From a virus, in IMG/VR virus record IMGVR_UViG_3300046168_000026, positions 1 through 64,000 of that record: 64,000 nt of DNA; one strand, given 5' to 3'. The notes beneath the pieces are model-generated. The model made no database searches, was not told where the DNA came from, and saw only the letters and a list, made by a program, of their open reading frames with translations. Shown here piece after piece: positions 1-10,857 of this stretch (position 1 is its first letter; each line of letters starts with the position of its first letter). The position numbers and the translations under genes are program-made.

Positions 1-2444
1 CCATCAAGTGATGCCGAGTTTACTAAAATATATTCTGTTTGGAATCCTGTACTATCTACTTTTTTAGCTAATAGAATTTCACCAACAGTAAACCCACTTG
101 CATTCTTAACTGACATTGTTGTGTCATTTGCAGTAATGTTTGACCCTGTTAATGTTGTTGCGTTAGTAACCCATAGTTGACCACCAACTGCGTTTACAGA
201 TTCTTTCTCAAATGTAGTTGTTCTTAGAGTACCTCTAATTCTTACATTTTCAAACTCTGCAGTTCCATTACCTTCTGAAGATATTTTCCATCCTTTAAAA
301 TTACTTGCGAAATCTTTTGTCTGTAAAATACCCTCTGGTTTCATTATAAGATTACCACCCTCAATGGATGATGTTGTAATGTCCCATCCACCAATAGATG
401 CTGATTGGAATATAGCAAATCCATCGGCGTCAATAGATGACGAGGCGTTTTGTCTTGTAGAAGGGTTTCCACTAATTTGTGCAGGAGTACGAATGTTGTT
501 TGCAGTAACTGCCCCTAAGATAGTTACACCATCTGTAATCGTACCACCTTCTATTAATACTTTTGATGCGGTTATATCACCTTGAGCTTTTAATCTTAAT
601 GAATTGTCTGATGACCTAATCTCATCTGAAACAACCTCAAATCCTGCAATAGATGCAGATGCGAATCTTGCAAAACCATCTTGGTCAATTGACGATGATG
701 CGTTTGCTTTAGTTGAAGGAGAACCATTAACTACGGCAGGAGTCCTAATTTGATTTACTGTAAGTGATGATTTTATTGTTGCGTTTGTACCAATTATCAA
801 TTGACCTGTGTTTGGGTCTAAGTGAAAGTCAGATGAACTAATTTCAATCTTACCATCCGAACCACTCATAAATTGACTACCCGGCGTACCTATAAAAAAC
901 TTCTCTGCTTTTACATCTAATAAACCACTACCTGATGTTGTGAATATAAGGTGACTCTTATCATTCTCAGATACGAACTCAAATCCGACACCTTCCATTA
1001 AGTCACTACCAACTACCAAGTTACCACTACCAGAATATATTAAAAATCCACCTGGCCCTTTTCCTTCGGATGCGGATGTAAATCCTTTATATCCAACAGA
1101 CCTTAAGAATCCACTACTTGCTCCACCGATTTCAATACCACTACCTAATGCGTTTGATATAAAAATAGAACCTGTTATTAAAGAACCCTTACCACCAATG
1201 AAAGTAGTAGAACCTGGAAATACCACATCTTCTATTATAATGAAGGTTTCCGATGGTTCGTTTTTACTATTTAAGAATTCTATTCTAATAGTCTTGGGGT
1301 CACCAATATGTTGAGATGGTATTGGTATTGTAAATATGAAGTCTGAACCATCAGTTGGTTCTATATATCGTGTTGTTGCAATTGTTTCAAAATCAGTACC
1401 AAGTCCTTGTGATTTAACAGAGGTTCTTAGTAATTCAATTTTACCTGCAACTGGGTCGGCACTTGTGATTGTAAATGTAGATACTGTTTGTAGGTTTTGT
1501 GATGTTCCTACCGATGCCGATGAAAAATATTCAATGTGAGCAGGAATTGTTGCTGCATCACTAAATCTGTACTGGTGGTCTTGACTACCCGTTATAGGGT
1601 CTTTTATTTGTAATATGTTACTACTTGATACACTTAAGATAGATGATGTAAAGTTTGTTGGTTGTGCAACACCTTTTTGTCTTGGGAAAATAGTTTGTGA
1701 TGATAAATCTAATCTTACTTCACCACCAATCATCATACTATTAAATCCAGTACCAGCCGTTTTGGTTAGAATTACATCATCACCAAAAGTTGACCTTTGA
1801 TACTTGACACTATGTGTATCTGTTGTTAATGTTAGGGTTGCGTTTCTACCCTGACCCAATTCATCTTCAGTTTCTTGATTTAATTCAAATGTACTAAATG
1901 GTTGTAAACTTGCAGATATTGATGCGAGTGGTAAAATCTTTTCATCAAAAATAATATCGGAAGAAGACCCTTGATTTACTCTTACAGGAATATCTCTATT
2001 CCATCTTACTGCGTTTCCATTTCTAGCCGTACCTACAATTGTTACTTTTGCAGTTCCAGATGCGGTATTTTCTGATGGGTCTGTTCTATCTGTATAAACC
2101 CAAATACTAACTATCTTACTTCCATCTCGTTCCTTTCCATTCATTATCTCAAAATAGATTGGATTTCCTTTTGAATCAAGAACCTCTATTTGTATTTCAG
2201 AGTTTCTTTTAAGTGAGTTGGAACCTGTTAGTCGTATTGTGTTTTTACCTGACCCAAAGAATTCGGGCACTTCCGTTACATTAAAAAATGTTGAGGTTGG
2301 ATTGGTATCCTCTACAACAGGTGGTTTCGCAGGTGAAAATCGTGGGGTCGGTCCAGACCTTGCATCTCTCAAACTCGCACTTGTTCTTGGTGCGAATTGT
2401 TTGTTTAGATTTTTCTTACCTCTTCTTCTGAATGGTATTGCCAT
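1..2444 (-). CDS. Large tail fibre/tail-associated structural protein, runs off the window's left edge (absent from the ORF track)
   Basis: ATG at 2444 with GGAGAG upstream; frame open to position 1 by manual translation (MAIPFRRRGKK...NSASLDG); FENVRIRG motif typical of phage tail proteins; Ser/Thr/Gly-rich with an internal repeat. Confidence 0.75.
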   Translation of the reverse strand, partial: MAIPFRRRGKKNLNKQFAPRTSASLRDARSGPTPRFSPAKPPVVEDTNPTSTFFNVTEVPEFFGSGKNTIRLTGSNSLKRNSEIQIEVLDSKGNPIYFEIMNGKERDGSKIVSIWVYTDRTDPSENTASGTAKVTIVGTARNGNAVRWNRDIPVRVNQGSSSDIIFDEKILPLASISASLQPFSTFELNQETEDELGQGRNATLTLTTDTHSVKYQRSTFGDDVILTKTAGTGFNSMMIGGEVRLDLSSQTIFPRQKGVAQPTNFTSSILSVSSSNILQIKDPITGSQDHQYRFSDAATIPAHIEYFSSASVGTSQNLQTVSTFTITSADPVAGKIELLRTSVKSQGLGTDFETIATTRYIEPTDGSDFIFTIPIPSQHIGDPKTIRIEFLNSKNEPSETFIIIEDVVFPGSTTFIGGKGSLITGSIFISNALGSGIEIGGASSGFLRSVGYKGFTSASEGKGPGGFLIYSGSGNLVVGSDLMEGVGFEFVSENDKSHLIFTTSGSGLLDVKAEKFFIGTPGSQFMSGSDGKIEISSSDFHLDPNTGQLIIGTNATIKSSLTVNQIRTPAVVNGSPSTKANASSSIDQDGFARFASASIAGFEVVSDEIRSSDNSLRLKAQGDITASKVLIEGGTITDGVTILGAVTANNIRTPAQISGNPSTRQNASSSIDADGFAIFQSASIGGWDITTSSIEGGNLIMKPEGILQTKDFASNFKGWKISSEGNGTAEFENVRIRGTLRTTTFEKESVNAVGGQLWVTNATTLTGSNITANDTTMSVKNASGFTVGEILLAKKVDSTGFQTEYILVNSASLD

Positions 2445-2463
2445 TTATACTCTCCATATATAA

Positions 2464-5400
2464 CTATAAATATGAAACTTTTGAGAACCCACGAACTTTA
2501 CTGATATCTATTATTTGGTCTACCATGTCTCTCGTTTTGTCAATATGACTTATTGTTACAATAAAATCAAATTGTGTCTTAAGGTAATCAAATAATAAAT
2601 ATAGAGAATTAAAGTTATCAGTATCTAAAGAACCAAATCCTTCGTCAATAGCGATAAAGTTTGGTCTTGGTAAATTAGATACATTTATTAACGCAGTTCT
2701 TATTGCGATAGAAGATATAAACTTTTCCATACCACTTGTTAATTCAAGAGGCCAGTATTCATCAGTACCATATGCGATATATGAATTGATGTTTTTACCA
2801 TCTGTATTTAGTAGTACTTGGAAGTCTACTATTGGTTGTAGTATGTTGTTTATTTCTATTTCTAATTTTGGTAATACTTCGGATATTAGTTGATACGGAA
2901 TCCCATCTCGTCTAACACACTTAAGATAAAACTCATATCCATCGTACTTGATTTCCATATCACGAAGTTTTTCTATTGATTCATTAACTTGTTGTATAGA
3001 CTTTTCTGCTAATTTTATATCAGAGTTAATCGACATTACTTCTTCGTTAACCTCGGATATTTTGTCTTTTAAAGTTTCTCGTGTGTTTTTAAAAGAATCA
3101 ATTCTTTCATTTACTAACTTGTTGTGTTCAACTGCTTGTTGTTGCTTATTTGCTTTGTCAATTGTTTTAGATAAAGTCTGTATTTCGGATTTGTAGTTAT
3201 CTACCAACTTAATACACTCATCATAAACCTTTGTTGCATTTAACCACTCTTTACCCAAATCCAATTGTTCATCTACCAATGATTCATAGTCTTGTAGTTG
3301 GTTTCTAACATCAAAGTCATTTCGGTCTTCTAATACTTTTATCTTAGTTTTAATTAACTTTTCATATTTTGAATTTTGACTCTTAATGTCTTTTTGTAAT
3401 TGTTCTGCTTGTTTAGCGAATGGTGTATTTTTATTCTGTACACAATGTTCACAATTGTCATCAAAGGTCAATTGCCCAATACCATCTAAGTGAGACCTCA
3501 TATGTTTTAAGTCTAACTCAATGGTCTGAGATTGTTTTTCTAAATCATTAAATTTTATATTTAAAGTTTCATACTTAATATTCTTACCTTTAAGTTCTTT
3601 AATATTTAATTTCTTTAATTTAGATTCTATATCTTTTTGTTTGGCTTCGATATCATTAATCTGTAATTTATTGAAATCACATTCTGAGTTTTGATTGTCT
3701 AAAAGAACTTTGACCTCGTCTAACTTAGATTCTAAGGTTTCGATATCACCGATATCCTCGACTGGTTTTAAAGTTCTCATTTCAAACTCCATTTTCATAT
3801 TGGTGTTATCTAACTTTAATTCGAGTTCATCTTTTCTTTCTTGTAACTCATCTAAAGAACCTGTGATTGATGTTAGAGATTGTTCTGCTTCAATTAACTG
3901 ACTTGGAAAGTCTTCTTTCTTATATTCTCTAAGTAATGTGTTCAACTCTCTAATCTCTTCACTTGCTATCGTCCATAAATCTTCGAATACATCCATATCC
4001 AAAAATTGTGCTAATAGTTCTTTTCTTTCCTTTTGAGATTTTTCTATGAACCCACTACTATTAGATTGTGTTGACATCGCAGTTAAAACAAAGTCTTCAT
4101 ATGTTCCAATGTACTCACGAATGATTGCATTGGTCTCTCTTCTTTGTTCACCATTAAGTGATTGTCTTTCACCATCTACAATACGATAAAACTCCACATC
4201 AACTTTTACAGTTCCTCTTTTTGGACTTTTCTTTGCTTTTCGTTCTATAAAGTATTGTACATTATTTAATTCAAATTGGAACTTACAATCAAATCCCATT
4301 TTAGAATAGTTTAGAACATCCTCTGCTCTGATTGTCCTTGAACATTTATCAAACATACAAAAAGACAATGCGTCCCATAGAGTTGACTTACCACTTGCGT
4401 TTGGTGCGAATATCCCATATGCACCTTTCATGTTAGTAAAATCAATTACATTGTTAGTACCATACGAGAACATATTAGAAAACTCAAATCTTCTTGGAAT
4501 CCAAGTTGAATTACTAATAACATTATGTTTACCGAGTTTATCGTTTATGTCATTATTAATCTGAGTAACTACTTCAAGTTGTTCTTTTGTAAGATGGTCA
4601 GTCTCTTCTAAATATTCAGAAATTAATTTGTTTTGAAATCCTGTATCTCTTACATTTTGTAAAACTATTGATTGGTGTTCTACATCTCTTTTTCGAGTAA
4701 GAACTTTCTGTACTGTTAGTTCTTGAACATCCCTACCTTTTTTTATTTCTGCTATAAGTTTGTTTAGTTGTGATGTCTTAGTATCTTTTACCCTTACTCT
4801 TATTCTTGGTTTATTTGGAATGTAGTTATCAGATACTATCTTACCATTCTCAATATCAATAGTAACATAACCATAATCATTGTGAACTTCGATAAACTTA
4901 CTTTGTAAAGTTTCCATGTCCCAAACTAAAATACCATGCTTTGGATATTTAGCCTCACCATGATTTTGAACTATAAGTGAACCTGGATATTTTATATGTG
5001 AATTACCCATTACTGAATTATTAGGTTTATGAATATCACCTAATAAAACTAAATCAAAATCAGTAAAGTGAGATACCTTAACATTTTTGTTTTGAATCAC
5101 AAATCCATGTTCCGTTTCTATATTATCTACGGGGCCATGGAATACACCAATTCTACCATTATTCTTTTTATAGTCTTTTGCTTGTGGGAATCCTTCAGAA
5201 GTATCCCATATTGATTTATGTATAAATGTATAACCACCAATACCATAACCACCTGTATCTCTTAGGTAGTAAAGGTTTTTGTGGTCTAATGCTTTCATGA
5301 TTGGACTGAGTGCATCAAGTCTTGATGTGTTGTTTAGATTTGCATCGTGATTACCAGGAATTACAATAGTTGGTAATAAGTCTGCTAACTTACAAAAGAA

Positions 5401-5634
5401 TTCTTGAGTTAAATCTACAACCTCAGGTGACATATCTGTTTTTGCGTGAACAATATCACCTGCAATATAGATGATATCATTTTCACCCATAGTAGATAAT
5501 ATGTGTCCATACAATTGTGAGAATACCTCACGATACTCTTTATGTCTTTTTAGATTTCTAATATGAACATCGGCAATATGATATATCTTATCAATTTTCT
5601 CAACACCGATGTCGATGTATTTTATTTTTCTCAT
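2464..5634 (-). CDS. Fused SbcD(Mre11/gp47)-SbcC(Rad50/gp46) recombination nuclease-ATPase
   Basis: N-terminal phosphoesterase motifs ADVH, GDIVH, GNHD, FHG, GDIH; Walker A APNASGKS; coiled coil with CEHC zinc hook; LTSGME signature; IAIDEGFGSLD Walker B/D-loop; ISH H-loop. Confidence 0.92.
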   Translation of the reverse strand: MRKIKYIDIGVEKIDKIYHIADVHIRNLKRHKEYREVFSQLYGHILSTMGENDIIYIAGDIVHAKTDMSPEVVDLTQEFFCKLADLLPTIVIPGNHDANLNNTSRLDALSPIMKALDHKNLYYLRDTGGYGIGGYTFIHKSIWDTSEGFPQAKDYKKNNGRIGVFHGPVDNIETEHGFVIQNKNVKVSHFTDFDLVLLGDIHKPNNSVMGNSHIKYPGSLIVQNHGEAKYPKHGILVWDMETLQSKFIEVHNDYGYVTIDIENGKIVSDNYIPNKPRIRVRVKDTKTSQLNKLIAEIKKGRDVQELTVQKVLTRKRDVEHQSIVLQNVRDTGFQNKLISEYLEETDHLTKEQLEVVTQINNDINDKLGKHNVISNSTWIPRRFEFSNMFSYGTNNVIDFTNMKGAYGIFAPNASGKSTLWDALSFCMFDKCSRTIRAEDVLNYSKMGFDCKFQFELNNVQYFIERKAKKSPKRGTVKVDVEFYRIVDGERQSLNGEQRRETNAIIREYIGTYEDFVLTAMSTQSNSSGFIEKSQKERKELLAQFLDMDVFEDLWTIASEEIRELNTLLREYKKEDFPSQLIEAEQSLTSITGSLDELQERKDELELKLDNTNMKMEFEMRTLKPVEDIGDIETLESKLDEVKVLLDNQNSECDFNKLQINDIEAKQKDIESKLKKLNIKELKGKNIKYETLNIKFNDLEKQSQTIELDLKHMRSHLDGIGQLTFDDNCEHCVQNKNTPFAKQAEQLQKDIKSQNSKYEKLIKTKIKVLEDRNDFDVRNQLQDYESLVDEQLDLGKEWLNATKVYDECIKLVDNYKSEIQTLSKTIDKANKQQQAVEHNKLVNERIDSFKNTRETLKDKISEVNEEVMSINSDIKLAEKSIQQVNESIEKLRDMEIKYDGYEFYLKCVRRDGIPYQLISEVLPKLEIEINNILQPIVDFQVLLNTDGKNINSYIAYGTDEYWPLELTSGMEKFISSIAIRTALINVSNLPRPNFIAIDEGFGSLDTDNFNSLYLLFDYLKTQFDFIVTISHIDKTRDMVDQIIDISKVRGFSKVSYL

Positions 5635-6566
5635 ACATTAAAAAGCTGATACTCCATTAACTTTCTTAAGTCTAATGATGGTGTATCATAAATTTTTTGG
5701 TTTATATTTTCATAACCCATATCGGATGCGTCTTCCTCTCCCATATCAACCAAATGCGTATCTATCCCATACGACATAAACTTCTTTGAAAGACCTATGG
5801 CATTAGATAGAGCATCGGAATCTAAACAAATATACAACTTTTTTACTTTATTTGCAACTATTTTCTTTTCTAATTCCGATTGGATTGATTTTCCGAATAA
5901 TGGTATTGCGTTTCTTCGTATTGCGATTGCGTCAAACGCCCCCTCACATAATACCAATGGTGTATCCCAATTTATTAAAAGGTCAAACCCTATAATGTTT
6001 TTAGATACCTTTGGATTCTTATGTTTAAATTTGCCTTGATAGAATGACCTACCTACAAAAAAGTTTAGCCGGCCTCTGTCATCATACGATGGTATAATAA
6101 TCTTATCTTCATATTCTCCTGTTTCACAATATCCAATATTGTATTTAATTATATCTTCGGGTCTCAATCCCCTTTTTAACAAATAATTTAATGCGTGTTT
6201 ATACTTGAAAGAATCTGACTTCTTATAAAGTGGTTTAAATTCCTTTGGTAATTCTACTTGCTCTACGATAGTATCAGTTTGATAATCTGAATTGTATCGA
6301 TTTACCCTACTGAATATACTATTGTACTCATCCCATGTTGATTTGGATACACGAAGTTTCTTGAATAAGGTTTTAATTGTACGACCCTTTTCATCCGATA
6401 TCCAACAATGCCATGGATTCTTACCATCAGAAGTAATCCTAATGTTAATCTCTAACTTAGGTTTGTAGTGGTCAACAAATGGTGAGTAAAACGCATAGTT
6501 ATCACCTGATGTTCTCTTGGATTTACCAAGAACGGACTCCAATAATTGCAGTAGTCTATCTTCCAT
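5631..6566 (-). CDS. DNA primase (DnaG/gp61-like TOPRIM)
   Basis: IIIP...FFVGR, CEGAFD, CLDSD TOPRIM motifs; degenerate N-terminal zinc ribbon. Confidence 0.85.
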   Translation of the reverse strand: MEDRLLQLLESVLGKSKRTSGDNYAFYSPFVDHYKPKLEINIRITSDGKNPWHCWISDEKGRTIKTLFKKLRVSKSTWDEYNSIFSRVNRYNSDYQTDTIVEQVELPKEFKPLYKKSDSFKYKHALNYLLKRGLRPEDIIKYNIGYCETGEYEDKIIIPSYDDRGRLNFFVGRSFYQGKFKHKNPKVSKNIIGFDLLINWDTPLVLCEGAFDAIAIRRNAIPLFGKSIQSELEKKIVANKVKKLYICLDSDALSNAIGLSKKFMSYGIDTHLVDMGEEDASDMGYENINQKIYDTPSLDLRKLMEYQLFNV

Positions 6567-6595
6567 TTAATATAAAGTTACCTTAATATACGAAA

Positions 6596-7030
6596 TTATT
6601 TCGAGAATGCAAAGAAATTTTGTGAAGGTTTTTCATCTATCCATTCTTGTGGGATTTCCTTCTTTGCCCATTTGAACCCATTCTTCTCACACCACTCGGC
6701 GTAAGTAGTTTTAGAACCTTTGTATATTTTACCATTTGGTGATTGTAATACAAACCTTAAATCCATCTCTGGATTTTGTTCTTTTATTAATAAATGTTTT
6801 TTTCTATCTTCAGGTAAAAACCACCCCTTGGATTCTATATAGATTCCATTTGGTAATTTAAAATCTGGTTTGTAAGTATGGTATGTTGCTGGTATTGTAT
6901 ATGATACTTCGTGTTTTTCATATTCACCATCGATACCTTGAGCTTGAAGTTGTTCATCAATTCGTGTCTCAAGGCCGGACTTATGTCCTTTTTGTTTTTG
7001 GATGTGACTCCAATTGCCTTTTTTATTCAT
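6596..7030 (-). CDS. T7 endonuclease I-like Holliday junction resolvase
   Basis: SGLE, YKPDFKLPNGIYIESKG, DRKKH, YAEWCEKNGF motifs. Confidence 0.88.
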   Translation of the reverse strand: MNKKGNWSHIQKQKGHKSGLETRIDEQLQAQGIDGEYEKHEVSYTIPATYHTYKPDFKLPNGIYIESKGWFLPEDRKKHLLIKEQNPEMDLRFVLQSPNGKIYKGSKTTYAEWCEKNGFKWAKKEIPQEWIDEKPSQNFFAFSK

Positions 7031-7032
7031 AA

Positions 7033-8754
7033 CTATTCAAAATCTAATCGAATATCAATCGTTACATCAACATCCTGTCGTTTCTTTAATGGCGAACCTA
7101 ATTTACCTATTGCGAGTAAATCACCCGTATCATTGTATAAACCTACTGATGTTATATATGGTCTGAAATCTGACCCTGTTACAAACGCTTTTAATTCGTG
7201 ATTATCTTCTGTACCACCTTTTCTTAAAGTGTTGTTTTGTGATACATTATATTCATTTTTCCCAATCTCACATAATATGGATTGCATTTCTATTTTCTTT
7301 GTTGACTTATATGTAAACTCATATCCCTTGTCTGTATAATCAAAGTCACCATTTCCTAAGAAACAATTTTGATATTTGGGTCTTGGGTCTGTTACTACTA
7401 TTAATCCTTTTTGATAATATACATAACCAACATCTCGTGTTTGATATGCCGACCCACTTATCACATGATTGTTTGATAAAGAACCTACATGCGCAGGTGT
7501 TAAATGTCTATTATAAATTCTGACCTCATCTACTGACCCACTTGTTCCTGTGAATTTTCTTAATCCCCCATTGTCACACATTATAGTAATATCAGCTTCA
7601 TTGGAGAATGTTCGTCTTTGTGATGTTATTACATTTCCAACTAAAGTACCATCTATATAAAAGTTAAATCTATTTTGTAATGGATTAAATGAATTATTGT
7701 GCGTTACTATAATATTATGCCAGTTATTATCATTATACTTTGTAGATGAACTTAAAGTCATTATAGGTTTTTTGTCTTCCCTACCATCACTATACTGAAA
7801 AACTATCTGTCCGTTTTTTGCACCTGCCGTTTGATTGTGTACACTAATATCAAATGGGAACTGTCCATCTGTTGAAGTATCTAATCGTCTCGTGATTGAT
7901 GGTGCAGTTGAATACGGGTCTACTTTTTGATTTGATTTCTTTATAAGAGTATTAGTAGTATTATCTGTAAAAGATTGGCTTGGCGGTAACTTTACCCATA
8001 AAGAAATACCAAAGTCATTTTGTGGTGTAAAGAAAGTATAATGGGAAGTTCCCATTGTTGTATATAAATGGGATTGTTGTGTCATATGTACACCATACCC
8101 ACTTGAACTAACTTCTCCTGTTGTAGTAATACCAGGAACAACTTTTGCTTTACTTATGTAAACATCTCTTCCATCAGGCCCATCGTCTTTAGACTTTTTG
8201 TAAAATGTATTAAATGTACCATCTTGAAATCCTAAGTAAAACTTTAAATTCTTTTTAGGTACAAAGTTAGTATTGTCTATTACCGTATCGTATAAGATAC
8301 CACACTCGTTTGTATGTTTTGATTCACTTAAAAATAAAGAAGAAGATGCGGCTAATTTAGAATGGTCTGTTACTGTTACTGAACCTGGCTTTATACCCAA
8401 CCCAAATTTATTTTGAGGTATTGATATAATAGATGCAGTTGGATGTAACAAGTGACCACCATGCCCACCTTTAAAACAACTTGCGTCAATTGTACTCCAC
8501 ATAATTTTCTGTGGAATCTTATTCATAACAGGAACTACTGCTCTTGATTGAGTAAGTAAGTCACTATCAAATTGTATGCCTTGATGTTTAGATTCAGAAA
8601 CTTCTGTTCGAATACCATTTGGTGATATTCCTCTAAATGTAGATATTTCAAAAGATGATGAATGATTAGTATCAGTCACCACATAATTTTTATATGCCGT
8701 ATAGGGATACTTGGTTATCCCTTGGTTGAATATCCTTTTGAAAACTTGACTCAT
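7033..8754 (-). CDS. Virion structural protein with LamG/concanavalin-A-like domain
   Basis: ISLWVK...WHNI...FYIDG...GSVDEVRIYNRHL LamG pattern; C-terminal YITSVGLYND...LLAIGKL shared with the next gene. Confidence 0.7.
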   Translation of the reverse strand: MSQVFKRIFNQGITKYPYTAYKNYVVTDTNHSSSFEISTFRGISPNGIRTEVSESKHQGIQFDSDLLTQSRAVVPVMNKIPQKIMWSTIDASCFKGGHGGHLLHPTASIISIPQNKFGLGIKPGSVTVTDHSKLAASSSLFLSESKHTNECGILYDTVIDNTNFVPKKNLKFYLGFQDGTFNTFYKKSKDDGPDGRDVYISKAKVVPGITTTGEVSSSGYGVHMTQQSHLYTTMGTSHYTFFTPQNDFGISLWVKLPPSQSFTDNTTNTLIKKSNQKVDPYSTAPSITRRLDTSTDGQFPFDISVHNQTAGAKNGQIVFQYSDGREDKKPIMTLSSSTKYNDNNWHNIIVTHNNSFNPLQNRFNFYIDGTLVGNVITSQRRTFSNEADITIMCDNGGLRKFTGTSGSVDEVRIYNRHLTPAHVGSLSNNHVISGSAYQTRDVGYVYYQKGLIVVTDPRPKYQNCFLGNGDFDYTDKGYEFTYKSTKKIEMQSILCEIGKNEYNVSQNNTLRKGGTEDNHELKAFVTGSDFRPYITSVGLYNDTGDLLAIGKLGSPLKKRQDVDVTIDIRLDFE

Positions 8755-8768
8755 ACTTCATCGCTTTA

Positions 8769-10118
8769 TTAGAAATCTAATTTAACTTTTATTAAAATTT
8801 CATTAGAGAAAGATTTCAATAGAGGTTTAGAAAGTTTAGCAATTGCCAACAACGAGTTGTCGTTATTATATAAACCAACACTTGTGATATAAGTTTTAGG
8901 GTCACCGATATAAGTAGTTTGTGCTAACTTACCTTCTGAACCTGAAATATATGTTGGGTTATTACTAAAGTTATACTCTGCATTTTTAGCTCTAACAAAA
9001 TAAAATGTAGACTTTATCTCTTCTTCATTTCTTGCTTGGAATCCGTTTGCAGCATCTGCAGCCGCAGCTCCACTAATTGCCGTAAACAATCTATTGTGGT
9101 TTTGATTATCTGCTTGTGTTCTAACTGTTCCTAAAGATGCTGATGTGTCGAGTAATGCTGCACTTAATACAATGATACCATGTTGTGGATAAACTTCACC
9201 GAATACTCTTGATGAGTTTTGGATTCCGTTTAATAATGAACCACTTACAATATTGTATTTAGTTTGTCTTGCGTTACCTGATTGGTCTCTATCACCACTA
9301 TCGTCAATTAACCTTAACATATCGTTTCCGCCAGAACCTGAGATACATAGTTCCCAATTTCCAGGGTCAAGTCTATCTTTTAATCTTGCTCTGTTTATTG
9401 CGATTGCGTAGACATCGTTTTGGTTCGTGTCATTAAATCTAAAGAACTTTTGAGAAGATGGTAATAAGACTTGTTGTAGTTGTGAGTAAATCGCTGATGA
9501 AGGTGAATCTTCATTCGTTCCTGCTGACCCACTACCAGCGTAGTGACCATATGAGATTGAGAACTGAGGTTCGTTTGTTGATACAGTCGGGTCGCCATTA
9601 TAGATTTCATAATAATATGCTTTTTGGGTAGCTGATTGAAATGACGATGTATGGAATACTGTTAGTTCACCACTATTACCACTCCACAATCCTCGTGTTA
9701 CTCTTTTAGTTCCGCCTTCTACAATATCTTCATTTGTAAATGCAGTATATACTTTACCACTACCGAAGTCGTATGCACCTGCTCCGATTACTGGTGTGTT
9801 GTTATTTTGGTTGTCGTCTCTTACTATATCTACAACTGGGTCTGTAACTACTACTGAACCACCACCTGTGTTTCCACTTGTTACACCGACAGATACTGAT
9901 GAACCACCGCCACCGCCGCCTCCATTTTGCATGAAGACTTGACCGCCGAGTCCGAGGTTACCATAATAAGGTTGGTCTCCACCCATGCCGTAGTTACCAA
10001 ATCCACCCTCAATTAATCCACCATTATAACCATTGAAGTTAATTCCCATGCCGCCGAAACCCAAGTTTCCTGAATTTCCGAATCCGTAACTACCACCATA
10101 ATTGTTAAATACTGCCAT
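8769..10118 (-). CDS. Virion structural protein (baseplate/tail region) with Gly-rich N-terminus
   Basis: C-terminal YITSVGLYNND...LLAIAKLSKP paralogous to 7033-8754; structural cluster context. Confidence 0.6.
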   Translation of the reverse strand: MAVFNNYGGSYGFGNSGNLGFGGMGINFNGYNGGLIEGGFGNYGMGGDQPYYGNLGLGGQVFMQNGGGGGGGSSVSVGVTSGNTGGGSVVVTDPVVDIVRDDNQNNNTPVIGAGAYDFGSGKVYTAFTNEDIVEGGTKRVTRGLWSGNSGELTVFHTSSFQSATQKAYYYEIYNGDPTVSTNEPQFSISYGHYAGSGSAGTNEDSPSSAIYSQLQQVLLPSSQKFFRFNDTNQNDVYAIAINRARLKDRLDPGNWELCISGSGGNDMLRLIDDSGDRDQSGNARQTKYNIVSGSLLNGIQNSSRVFGEVYPQHGIIVLSAALLDTSASLGTVRTQADNQNHNRLFTAISGAAAADAANGFQARNEEEIKSTFYFVRAKNAEYNFSNNPTYISGSEGKLAQTTYIGDPKTYITSVGLYNNDNSLLAIAKLSKPLLKSFSNEILIKVKLDF

Positions 10119-10129
10119 AATCTATTCCT

Positions 10130-10774
10130 CTATGCGTTTGATGTTACTTTAGGCGTTACCGTTACATCAATCTCAGCTCTACCACCTGTTTCATTACCAA
10201 TGATAACAATTCTTGTAGAAGTTGTTTGATTGATTGGTAAGTTTGTAGTTGGTTGAAATTGAAATGCAGTTCCTGTTACAGAAATTGCTTTTGCGGTTGC
10301 GTAAGTGTTAATATTAATAATTGCAGATTGTCTACCAGGTACTGCCCCTAATCCTGCGATAGTACCGACATCACTATTTAATAGTATTGCAGTATATCCT
10401 AAGTTTTCATTACCACCATTTTTGGTTACCACATTGATTGGTACAAGAATACTTTCCTCAGCAACATTAATCGATGAGATTGATGTTTCTAAGAATGGTA
10501 ACTTAATAGTACTCTTTGGTAATGATAATAATTTATATTTCATTAGATATGATTCATCAGTAATTGCCTCTAACACAGGCATATTCTCTATAACGATACC
10601 ATAAAAATCACTACCTAATGAGTGTGCTGGATTCCAAAGGTCGTAATCAACCTCATCGTCAGCCAATGCAAATTGTGTTATTGCAAATTTGTCTCTGCCT
10701 TCAGCTAATAGCTCTCTACCCTTCTTGGTAAGTATTGCGTCTACTGTTACAGATGAATTATCTAAAAATCCCAT
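10130..10774 (-). CDS. Virion structural protein (baseplate/tail-fibre attachment type)
   Basis: ILTKKGRELLA...ITQFALADDEVDY pattern; late-promoter-like motif upstream. Confidence 0.6.
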   Translation of the reverse strand: MGFLDNSSVTVDAILTKKGRELLAEGRDKFAITQFALADDEVDYDLWNPAHSLGSDFYGIVIENMPVLEAITDESYLMKYKLLSLPKSTIKLPFLETSISSINVAEESILVPINVVTKNGGNENLGYTAILLNSDVGTIAGLGAVPGRQSAIININTYATAKAISVTGTAFQFQPTTNLPINQTTSTRIVIIGNETGGRAEIDVTVTPKVTSNA

Positions 10775-10857
10775 AGTTGTTTCCTCTTTTACTTATATAA
10801 ATATAGTTTTTTTTATTTTTAAATCATTTTTCTAATATGATTCTAATTTTATCTATT

